From Candidatus Hydrogenedentota bacterium (GTDB lineage: Bacteria > Hydrogenedentota > Hydrogenedentia > Hydrogenedentales > CAITNO01), in contig JAGPFE010000006.1 in NCBI GenBank assembly GCA_018056705.1, positions 8,437-72,436 on the forward strand: DNA of 64,000 nt. The letters run 5' to 3'. Positions within the stretch are counted from its first letter, which is position 1; the number at the start of each line of letters is the position of its first letter. Made by a program: the position numbers and the translations under genes. This document shows, piece after piece, positions 32,801 through 40,784 of this stretch. Under the pieces are notes generated by a model that was given only the letters and a program-made list of their open reading frames with translations, was not told the origin of the DNA and made no database searches.

Positions 32801-33654
32801 CAGGTCGCCCAGCGGCCGCCCACGTATGCTTTCTCGTCGCCCTGTTTCACATAATCCCGGCTGATAACTGTCCGCGTTTCGGGACGATAGACCACGCAGT
32901 AATCCGCGCGGGCCGGCATGCGCAACACGTCCGCCACGGCCAGTCCATCGGCCACCCGGGCCGGAATCGGCAGAACTCGACCATCTTCCAGCCGGGCCAG
33001 CAACACAACCTGTCCAAGTTCGCTTGCCCCGGTGGGAACACTGCCTTCAATCAGGGGAATCCGGATCACCGTGGGCCGGGGCGCGCTGTTCAGCAGGTCC
33101 TGGAACAACTCGGGAACGGCATGGTTGTGGGAAATCGTGTAGGTACTGGACGCGTAACTGGCCAATTCACCGTTGGGCAGCGGAATGGGGTTCGGTGCCT
33201 GAGAGATCCCGAACACCACCTCTTCCTTGGCCGCGCCAGGCGGTACCGTGATCGTTACGCCTAACGCGGAGATCTTTCCTCCCCCGCTGCTCACCGAGCC
33301 GAACGTCGTAGGATCCGTCACGCGAATCAGCGATTCCGCCCGCCGGGTCAGGTTCCCCCGTGACGTGGTAATGGTAAGGGACACGGTGTATACCCCCGGC
33401 GTGGTATAGACCTTTACCGGGTTGACCATTGTGCTGCCCGTTCCATCGCCAAAATCCCAGGACCATGCCCGGATCGGGTAACCGCCCGGTTGGGATCGAT
33501 CATAGAACTGCACCTGCAGGGGAACAGTTCCATCCGTGACGGATGCCACGAAATCCGGGATGGGATCTGCCGCCGTGGGAGGCTCCTTACAGCCGCCCAG
33601 CATCGCGCTGACCATTACTCCCGCTACGACAAGGGTTGTCCACCGCCTGAGCAT
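29815..33654 (-). CDS. giant lipoprotein: PKD domain + ~600-aa region of unknown function + C-terminal PhoPQ-activated pathogenicity-related (PqaA-like alpha/beta-hydrolase-fold) module
   Basis: Start at the ATG (cat at 33652-33654) with a [34 protein letters not shown] is a signal peptide with lipobox LGGC (the ORF to 33690 begins with GTG). PKD block [33 protein letters not shown]. C-terminal region [34 protein letters not shown] ... [10 protein letters not shown] ... PDYRDFRL matches what I recall of the PqaA family (from memory, not searched). Confidence 0.65.
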   Translation of the reverse strand: [1279 protein letters not shown]

Positions 33655-33760
33655 GTCCGGCACACCTTTCCTCGTTGACACGCGGTTCACCGCGTCACGC
33701 GCGCCTGTTTCACAATACCTGTCACCCCGTCTGCTATCACCCGACGGTTCCTGAAAAATC

Positions 33761-33828
33761 TTGACTGTACCCTATTAGTTTGCGACAAATCGCCGAAAAA
33801 GTCAACTGTTTACTGCAAAAAAGTCAAC
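33761..33828. repeat. GTCAA-centred repeats upstream of the giant lipoprotein gene (TTGACT ... AAAAAGTCAAC ... AAAAAAGTCAAC)
   Basis: Direct repeat AAAAAGTCAAC at 33796-33806 and 33818-33828 (22-bp periodicity) plus an inverted copy TTGACT at 33761-33766, in an AT-rich stretch 110-170 nt upstream of the lipoprotein start. Confidence 0.4.
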
Positions 33829-33872
33829 AGATTATCCTCCATAACGGCTTTTCCGGCAAAAATTTCCGTTTT

Positions 33873-35270
33873 TTACCAGGTTCCAACGGGATCTGGCAGA
33901 GAACGAACCGATTCTAGGCCGGAATACGAGAGGCCGGATCCGCCCAGATCCGCCAGCCGCAACACGCCATGTCGGCGCTGATATAACCCGGGAATATGAT
34001 CCATTTCCGGGCGGCTGGCCTCGGGATAAAACTGCATACCGTTGGATTCCACCCCCATGATGGTGTTCGCGTGAGCGGCCAGTAACACGTGCGGCACCTG
34101 GGCCAGCATCGGGTTGGTCAGGTCCTGTACCATGAGCGTCATGCCATGGGCCCGCGCCCAGCACAGGCTCAAGAGGGCGCCGGTCTGGGTCTTGCAGGTC
34201 TTCAGGGCCACCCCCGTCCATCCCAGGCCATGTCCCATGGCAACCAGGGTCCAGTCGTGGGCGCTTTCATCCATGAACAGCGGTTTGCGCGCGGATACCG
34301 ATCGGACATCCAGAGGATATTCTTCCAGTTCGTAGGGAAACGGCTGTTCCACGTAGAGCAGCATGCCGTATATGCGGGGCTCGTTCCATAGCAGCCGGTC
34401 GAGGATTTCCGTCACGTAGGCAGGGTCCTGAACCGTACAGTTAAAATCCGCGGACAGCCACAGCACCCCTTCTTCAAGGGCTATGCGTCCGACCCGGACC
34501 AGTCGGTCGTAATCCCACGTCGCGTCATTGCCCCGCAATTTTACCTTCAGGCACCTCAGCCCATCCCGCCGAATCCAGTCCCTCAGTACCACCGGGTACC
34601 CGTCGTCCGGACCGCTGCCATCGTCATCCGCCGGATCCAGCCAGTCCAGCCCTCCCACCAGGTGCCACACCGGCAAGGTATCCGGACGGGGATAGCGTAG
34701 AAAATCCGCCGGGTAACGACCCCGAAACAGGCCCTCCCGGCCGGCCGCGCCTCGCAGGTACGCGGAGAGGTCCAGGTTCATCCACTCGCCCGTGTAGGTT
34801 TCATAGGTAGGCAGGCCATGCAACCGCCCGTACGCGTCATGCAGCGCGATATCGAAGGCGGAACAACAAACAAGGGCAGCCAGCCAGGGCATTTCGCGTC
34901 CAGGTCGTTCCAGGTTGAAGGTCTGCCAGGCATCTTTTAACCCGTACTGCTGAAAGGCATGTCCCACTTCCATGGGATGCCCCCGTGACGACCAGTCCGC
35001 CCAGCATTCTCCAAGGACCAGGCAGAATGCCTTGAGCGCCTCGTGACGTGCCGCGTAAGGCAGGGACGACGGCCATACCCATTGAACGCTCAAGGGGGTT
35101 TCCCCCCATCCTTCGGCGGATCGCCCCAACCGGTCTTCGACGCGCAGGGCCACCCGGACACAGGTCACCGACGTCAGGGTCTCCGTGCCGAATTTCAGGG
35201 GAACCCGCGTCGTGACGGGAAGAAAATAAACCCTTACGCCGCGAACCGCTATATCACTGGACTTTGCCAT
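33873..35270 (-). CDS. enolase-superfamily enzyme (mandelate racemase/muconate lactonizing enzyme-like)
   Basis: Start at the ATG (cat at 35268-35270) with a GAGAGGGG RBS; KxK (LKVKLRG), DFNCTV and FMDESAHD metal-ligand-like motifs of MR/MLE-type TIM barrels; substrate unknown. Confidence 0.6.
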   Translation of the reverse strand: MAKSSDIAVRGVRVYFLPVTTRVPLKFGTETLTSVTCVRVALRVEDRLGRSAEGWGETPLSVQWVWPSSLPYAARHEALKAFCLVLGECWADWSSRGHPMEVGHAFQQYGLKDAWQTFNLERPGREMPWLAALVCCSAFDIALHDAYGRLHGLPTYETYTGEWMNLDLSAYLRGAAGREGLFRGRYPADFLRYPRPDTLPVWHLVGGLDWLDPADDDGSGPDDGYPVVLRDWIRRDGLRCLKVKLRGNDATWDYDRLVRVGRIALEEGVLWLSADFNCTVQDPAYVTEILDRLLWNEPRIYGMLLYVEQPFPYELEEYPLDVRSVSARKPLFMDESAHDWTLVAMGHGLGWTGVALKTCKTQTGALLSLCWARAHGMTLMVQDLTNPMLAQVPHVLLAAHANTIMGVESNGMQFYPEASRPEMDHIPGLYQRRHGVLRLADLGGSGLSYSGLESVRSLPDPVGTW

Positions 35271-35307
35271 GAACAACCCCTCTCGGGCATCCGGGCCAAG
35301 GGACGCG

Positions 35308-36036
35308 TCAGGACTGTTTAGCCAGCAGGATGGTGGATACCGTCTTGTCCAGCACGGCCATGTACCGCGCCACGACCTGTTCCGCTTCGTCCGGATTGCC
35401 TTCCTTCACGGCCTTGTAAACTTCCCGGAGCGTCTGCAGGTTGGTGTCGCTGCCTACCAGCGGTAGATCGAACAGCCGGCGCAGGCGGATCAGTAAGCCA
35501 CCAAGGGTATTGAATACCATGTGGTATACTTTGTTGCCCGTCGCTTCAACCAGGACCCGGTAGTATTCCTGGAGGATTTCTTCCTGTTTTTCTTCGTCAT
35601 GCGTAACGACCAGTTCGTCCAGCAGCAACTTTAACCGGCCAAGATCCGCCTCGCTCCGTCGCCGGGTCGCGGACCGGACAATCGCCCGCACAAGCCCCTC
35701 GCGAAATTCCAGCACGTCCAGCAGGAATTTCCCGTCCAGTCGCCGGTTTTCGTCGTACAGCAGCAGGTCGAATAACTTGACGCCCGTGTCAAACTGCATC
35801 TGCTGCACGTAGATCCCTGATCCCTGCCGGATGCGTAACAGGCCAATAGCCTCCAGTCGCTTCAAGGCTTCACGAACCACGTGCCGGGCCACCCTGTATT
35901 CTTCTGCCAGGACCCGCTCGGTAGGCAGGCGACTGCCCGGGGGAAATTCGCCAGACAGGATGCGGCGGCCAAGTCTGTCCGTTAATTGCTTGGAAAGGGT
36001 TTCCCGGCCCGTGCCATCCCTGATCATGTCATCCAT
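35308..36036 (-). CDS. GntR/FadR-family transcriptional regulator
   Basis: N-terminal winged HTH LPTERVLAEEYRVARHVVREALKRLEAIGLL plus an FCD-like C-terminal domain. Start at the ATG at 36036 (MDDMIRDG); the ORF extends to 36069. Confidence 0.8.
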   Translation of the reverse strand: MDDMIRDGTGRETLSKQLTDRLGRRILSGEFPPGSRLPTERVLAEEYRVARHVVREALKRLEAIGLLRIRQGSGIYVQQMQFDTGVKLFDLLLYDENRRLDGKFLLDVLEFREGLVRAIVRSATRRRSEADLGRLKLLLDELVVTHDEEKQEEILQEYYRVLVEATGNKVYHMVFNTLGGLLIRLRRLFDLPLVGSDTNLQTLREVYKAVKEGNPDEAEQVVARYMAVLDKTVSTILLAKQS

Positions 36037-36210
36037 GCGTATGCCCTCTACTGGAACGCCCATGCCCATTGGCCATCTGCCGACGCCATTTTAAGCCTTT
36101 CCCCGTAAAACGCGTAACCACGTCGCGCCAACAGAATCCGCGGGACCGTAACAATTCCGTGAACCGGCCGTATTGTCCCAAAACCATTCGGTTCAAGGGA
36201 GACTGAACTG

Positions 36211-36828
36211 ATGAGCGATATCGTGGTAGACATGGTTCACGGGACCAGTCCGGAAGCGGAACGGCTGGAGTACGAAATTTACGTCGCTGAGGGATACATC
36301 GCGCCGAATCACCGGAGAAAAGTTCTGGAAAATGAACATTACCCGGAGTTCATCCATTTCGTCGCCCGCGATCGCGACCAGGTGGTGGGTTCCCTGCGCC
36401 TGGTAACCGATCCCCGGCCCCGGTTCGGGGTGTTTCGGCTGGCGGCGTTTACCCATTTCACCCTGGATCCCTGGGTCGAGCCGTTATTGTGCCAGGTTGG
36501 ATTGAAACATGTGGTGGAAGTAGGCACCATGGTCATCCGGCCAGAGTACCGCGGAAGTGAAACCTACCTCAAATTGTTCGAAAAAGCCTTTGAATACGGC
36601 CTTATGACCCGTATCCACGCGGGACTGGCCACCATCGACGCCGGGTTTCGCGACCGATTGGAACGGCGTGGAGTCCCCCTGGTCGATCTCGGGCCATCCC
36701 GGTTCTACATGGGCTCCGAAACCCAGCCCGTGCTGATCGACATGCCGCGCCTGGTCAGCCGGGTCCTGGGCGAAGCTGTTCTTCCTCCCCTGCCATTGCC
36801 CGAGGTCGTCGAAAGGGCGCTGGCCTGA
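36211..36828 (+). CDS. GNAT-fold N-acyl amino acid synthase / autoinducer-synthase-like protein (FeeM/LuxI-like, PF13444-like)
   Basis: 205 aa; AERLEYEIYVAEGYIAP resembles the R-x-R-x-x-V-F-x-x-E-x-G motif of LuxI/FeeM-type acyltransferases; AAGGGAG RBS. Confidence 0.5.
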   Translation: MSDIVVDMVHGTSPEAERLEYEIYVAEGYIAPNHRRKVLENEHYPEFIHFVARDRDQVVGSLRLVTDPRPRFGVFRLAAFTHFTLDPWVEPLLCQVGLKHVVEVGTMVIRPEYRGSETYLKLFEKAFEYGLMTRIHAGLATIDAGFRDRLERRGVPLVDLGPSRFYMGSETQPVLIDMPRLVSRVLGEAVLPPLPLPEVVERALA

Positions 36829-37955
36829 TGAATGAACCGTCCCGCGACGCCAGGGCGCGCTGTGAACGGCACCTGCACAACCTGGAACGCGCCCATCCGC
36901 GCCTCCGTGACCTGGCATGGCGCACCGCGCCGCTTGACCAGGCGCCCCTGGGACAACTCACTTCCGTGATTCGAGATGCCTGGCACCGGGCCTACGGAAA
37001 CCGCGTGAGCATCGCCTACGGTCCGGCCCTGTTCCACCTCGCCTGTGCCTGTTACCCGGATGGAGACAGCCTGGTCTCCTGGGCGGAAGAGGATGGACAG
37101 CCCCTCGGCGTGATCTTCAGCCTGTCCCTGTGCTTCGAAACGGAGATTCCGGAACGGCCGATCACCGCCTCCCTGACCACGGGGCTCTGTTGCGTGCGCG
37201 AATGGGAAGGTCGCGGCATGATCGAAACGCTGATGGCCCGGCATGGTGCGGTCCTGGTAGATAGAAACCACGCGTTCAGCCTCCACTGGCGCGCCACGGA
37301 AACCCGGGAAATCCATGGAGCGGCCCGTCTCAGCCGGGCGCGGATCGTCCGCCTGCTGGGCAGGGCCATCCGACCCGCCATCGCGTCCCGCCATGCCAGG
37401 GGAGGACTGCTTACCCAACTGGGAATCCGCTTGCACGCGTTGCGGTATCCTGCCGGCCGTTCCCTGCCGTCATCCTGGACCATGGAAATGAACACGGAAC
37501 GGGCGGCATTCTACGCGGAGCGCCTGGTCCGGGAATGTTTCGCGGTACGGTCGGTCCGCCGCCGCTTTCCCGCGGCGTTTTTTCACGCGCTTGGATCATT
37601 CCAGGAGGATGGTCTCCGGGGTACCGTCACGGTTTTTCACGAAAATCAGGAACCTGTCGGTGTCATCTGGGGCTGCGTGAATCCGGCGGACGACCACGCC
37701 TTTTTCCTGATGGATGGCATGGTATTCCGGAAGGACACCCCCCCTGGAAGTCGTTCACGCGCCTTATCTTGCCTCGAGGGATGGCTGGGAGAACAGGGGT
37801 GTTTCGCGGCGCTCGCGCCGGAAAGCGTCTTTTACCCGGAGGTCCCTCCCGGCTGGCTTACCCTGAAACGCTATGCCATCGGCGCGATCCCTTTCGATCC
37901 GCCGGCCTGGCTCACGCCCGGGCACCTCTCGCGGCTGTTCCTGGAACTGCGTTGA
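36828..37955 (+). CDS. hypothetical protein, possibly tandem GNAT-like (FemAB/Acetyltransf_6-like)
   Basis: 375 aa; start overlaps the upstream stop (TGATG); two regions with GNAT-motif-A-like segments (GVIFSLSL...VREWEGRGMIETLM and VGVIWGCVNPADDHAFFLMDGM). Confidence 0.4.
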   Translation: MNEPSRDARARCERHLHNLERAHPRLRDLAWRTAPLDQAPLGQLTSVIRDAWHRAYGNRVSIAYGPALFHLACACYPDGDSLVSWAEEDGQPLGVIFSLSLCFETEIPERPITASLTTGLCCVREWEGRGMIETLMARHGAVLVDRNHAFSLHWRATETREIHGAARLSRARIVRLLGRAIRPAIASRHARGGLLTQLGIRLHALRYPAGRSLPSSWTMEMNTERAAFYAERLVRECFAVRSVRRRFPAAFFHALGSFQEDGLRGTVTVFHENQEPVGVIWGCVNPADDHAFFLMDGMVFRKDTPPGSRSRALSCLEGWLGEQGCFAALAPESVFYPEVPPGWLTLKRYAIGAIPFDPPAWLTPGHLSRLFLELR

Positions 37956-37967
37956 ACCCGTGATGGC

Positions 37968-39293
37968 TCAGCGCAGCAGCCGGGCGAGCAGAAACGCCAT
38001 TTCTAGGGACTGTTCGGCATTCAGGCGGGGATCGCACGCCGTTTCATAGCAGGCCCGCAGGTCTTGCTCGGTAATACCCGACGCGCCGCCCACGCATTCG
38101 GTCACCGCTGCCCCGGTCAACTCAAAATGCACCCCGCCAAGCACCGATTGCTCCGCGCCGTGCGCGGCAAAGGTCTGCTCCAGTTCTCGGAAAATATCCG
38201 GAACGCTCCGGGTTTTTCGGCCATCCGACGTCACACGCGTGTTGCCGTGCATGGGATCGCAACACCATAACACCGGGTGACCTTCGGCGCGCGCGGCCCT
38301 GACGAGGCGGGGCAGTTCTTCTTCCACGCGGTCCGCGCCGAACCGGGTGATCACGGTCAGCCTGCCCGGCACCCGATCCGGGTTCAGGAGGTCGAGCAGT
38401 TCGCGGAAGGTATCGGTCTCCGTGCCGGGACCCACCTTGATGCCCACAGGGTTGGCGATCCCCGCAAGGTAACGGGCGTGTGCGCCCTCGGGGTCCGCCG
38501 TCCGGTACCCAACCCACAGAAAATGAGCCCCCAGGTTATACCACCGCCCGGATTCATCCCGACGGGTCAGTGCTTCCTCGTAAGGCAACAGCAACGCCTC
38601 GTGGGAGGTGTAGAACGATACCCGCCGGAGCGTTTCCCCACCGCCACCGATGGTTTCCATGAACGTCACCGCGTCGGTAATCGCGTCCACCACCCTCCGG
38701 TAGGACTCCCGGTTGGGACTGTTTTCGATAAAACCCAGGTCCCATTTCTCGGGGTGGTGCAGGTCGGCAAAGCCACCCTCAATCAGCGCGCGAATATAAT
38801 TCAGGGTAACCGCCGCGTGGTAATATCCCCGGACCATGCGTTCCGGATCGGGCCGTCGCGCTTCAGGTGTCGCGTCCGGGCTGTTTACCAGGTCACCCCG
38901 GTAAACCGGCAAGCTCTGTCCTTCCACCGTTTCCGTCTCGGAAGAGCGCGGCTTCGCGTACTGTCCCGCCAGGCGTCCCACGCGTACCACCGGCTTCCGG
39001 GTCGCGTAGGTGAGCACGAGGCTCATCTGCAGGAGCACCTGCAGTTTTGCCATAATGGAACCGGGCGCGCAATCTTCGAATCGTTCCGCGCAATCTCCTC
39101 CCTGCAGGAGGAAGCGTTTGCCCGCGGCCGCCTCGGCGAGGGCGGCGATCAACTGCTCCACCTCGCCCGCCGCCACCAGGGGTGGATACCCGCGCAGGGT
39201 TTCCGTCATCCGGCGCACCGCGCGCGCGTCATCATACGGCGGGTACTGGCGAAGGGGACACGCCTGCCACGACGCGGGATGCCACGACTCCAT
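37968..39293 (-). CDS. aroG: 3-deoxy-7-phosphoheptulonate synthase, class II
   Basis: Start at the ATG (cat at 39291-39293) with an AGGAGA RBS, giving MESWHPASWQACPLRQYPPYDD..FLLQGGDCAERF ... KPRS, the class II DAHPS N-terminus; the ORF extends a further 60 codons upstream. Confidence 0.85.
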   Translation of the reverse strand: MESWHPASWQACPLRQYPPYDDARAVRRMTETLRGYPPLVAAGEVEQLIAALAEAAAGKRFLLQGGDCAERFEDCAPGSIMAKLQVLLQMSLVLTYATRKPVVRVGRLAGQYAKPRSSETETVEGQSLPVYRGDLVNSPDATPEARRPDPERMVRGYYHAAVTLNYIRALIEGGFADLHHPEKWDLGFIENSPNRESYRRVVDAITDAVTFMETIGGGGETLRRVSFYTSHEALLLPYEEALTRRDESGRWYNLGAHFLWVGYRTADPEGAHARYLAGIANPVGIKVGPGTETDTFRELLDLLNPDRVPGRLTVITRFGADRVEEELPRLVRAARAEGHPVLWCCDPMHGNTRVTSDGRKTRSVPDIFRELEQTFAAHGAEQSVLGGVHFELTGAAVTECVGGASGITEQDLRACYETACDPRLNAEQSLEMAFLLARLLR

Positions 39294-39415
39294 CAAACGT
39301 CCATCTCCTGAATTACCGGCTGACTTGGCAGTGGCATCCGCGTGAAACGGACGCCAAGGGGTATTATACCTTTCGAACCCGTGTAATGTTTCTCGGGGAG
39401 GCTCTCTGATGGTAG

Positions 39416-39445
39416 TTGACTCTATCGCGCGCGGAAATTTACAAT
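39416..39445 (+). promoter_or_regulatory. putative sigma70 promoter for ilvC (TTGACT-18-TACAAT)
   Basis: TTGACT at 39416-39421, an 18-nt spacer, TACAAT at 39440-39445, ~90 nt upstream of the ilvC ATG. Confidence 0.45.
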
Positions 39446-39533
39446 ACCCTTTCACATTACTGAACATCAGCAAAGCATGGCATTCCGGAACAGGGATTCG
39501 CGGTGTGCCGGTTCATCCAACAGGAGAACGACC

Positions 39534-40631
39534 ATGAAGATCGATTTCGGCGGCGTGCAGGAAGAAGTGGTGACCCGCAAGGAATTCCCCATGACCAGGG
39601 CCCGCAAGGTGCTTAAGAATGAGACCATCGCGGTGATCGGCTACGGCGTGCAGGGGCCGGCCCAGGGACTCAACATGCGGGACAACGGCTTCAACGTGAT
39701 CGTCGGCCAGGCCCCCGAGTTCAAGAAAGACTGGGATCGAGCCGTGAAAGACGGCTGGAAACCCGGCGAAACCCTGTTCCCCATCGAAGAGGCCTGCGAA
39801 CGGGGCACCATCATCCAGTACCTGGTTTCCGATGCCGCCCAGAAGGCCCTGTGGCCCATCATTAAGAAACACCTCAAGCCCGGCGACGCCCTCTATTTCT
39901 CCCACGGTTTTTCTTATACCTACCGGAAATTCACGAAGGTGGAACCGCCCGAATACGTGGACGTCATCATGGTGGCCCCCAAGGGGTCCGGCCTGAACGT
40001 TCGGCGCAACTTCCTGAGCGGCGCGGGCATCAATTCCAGTTACGCCATTGCCCAGGACTACACCGGCCGGGCGCTGGAACGTACCCTTGCCCTGGGCATC
40101 GCCATCGGCTCCGGCTACCTGTTCCCCACCACCTTCGAGCACGAGGTCTACAGCGATCTGACCGGTGAACGTGGCGTGCTGATGGGCGCGCTGGCCGGCA
40201 TCATGGAGGCCCAGTACGATATCCTGCGCGCCAATGGCCACAGCCCCAGCGAAGCGTTCAACGAAACCGTCGAAGAACTGACCCAAAGCCTGATCCGACT
40301 GGTCGACGAAAACGGCATGGACTGGATGTTCCAGAACTGCTCGGCCACGGCGCAGCGGGGTGCCCTCGACTGGAAACCGAAATTCAAGAAGGCGGTCATG
40401 CCTGTTTTCAAGGAACTCTACAAGCGCGTCAAGAACGGCGAGGAGTGCAAGCGCGTCCTGCGCAGCACCAGCGGCAAGGACTACCAGCAGAAACTCGGCG
40501 AGGAACTCCGGCAGATGCGCGAATCCGAAATGTGGCAGGCTGGCGCGGCCGTGCGGGCGTTGCGGCCCAAAACCCCCGAGTCCAAGCTGATCAAGTCCGT
40601 CATCGGAACCAAGGGGCGGGAATCTTCCTGA
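39534..40631 (+). CDS. ilvC: ketol-acid reductoisomerase
   Basis: Start at the ATG at 39534 with a CAGGAGA RBS (the ORF opens at 39477); AVIGYGVQGPAQGLNMRDNG Rossmann motif. Confidence 0.9.
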   Translation: MKIDFGGVQEEVVTRKEFPMTRARKVLKNETIAVIGYGVQGPAQGLNMRDNGFNVIVGQAPEFKKDWDRAVKDGWKPGETLFPIEEACERGTIIQYLVSDAAQKALWPIIKKHLKPGDALYFSHGFSYTYRKFTKVEPPEYVDVIMVAPKGSGLNVRRNFLSGAGINSSYAIAQDYTGRALERTLALGIAIGSGYLFPTTFEHEVYSDLTGERGVLMGALAGIMEAQYDILRANGHSPSEAFNETVEELTQSLIRLVDENGMDWMFQNCSATAQRGALDWKPKFKKAVMPVFKELYKRVKNGEECKRVLRSTSGKDYQQKLGEELRQMRESEMWQAGAAVRALRPKTPESKLIKSVIGTKGRESS

Positions 40632-40642
40632 TTCCGCCCGTT

Positions 40643-40678
40643 CTGATCCGTCCCCCGGTCTGCCGGGGGACGGATCAG
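40643..40678 (+). terminator. perfect 16-bp-stem hairpin downstream of ilvC (probable terminator)
   Basis: CTGATCCGTCCCCCGG-tctg-CCGGGGGACGGATCAG starting 12 nt after the ilvC stop, followed by GGGGGGAAAATATAG (no clean U-tract). Confidence 0.45.
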
Positions 40679-40784
40679 GGGGGAAAATATAGTTGCCTCC
40701 CGTCTATGGCATGTTTTATGATTCAAGGCAGGGGATAGCGTTTCCCGGGGCTCACCGGGCGAGGCACATCGGAGACGGGCGTCG

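Noticed and set aside
32098-33264. 388-aa plus-strand ORF
   Set aside because: Antisense to the PKD/PqaA-like lipoprotein gene.
39477-39533. 19-codon N-terminal extension of ilvC (ORF opens at 39477)
   Set aside because: The ATG at 39534 has a strong CAGGAGA RBS and gives the conserved KARI N-terminus; the extension lacks an RBS.
39513-40286. 257-aa minus-strand ORF
   Set aside because: Antisense to ilvC.
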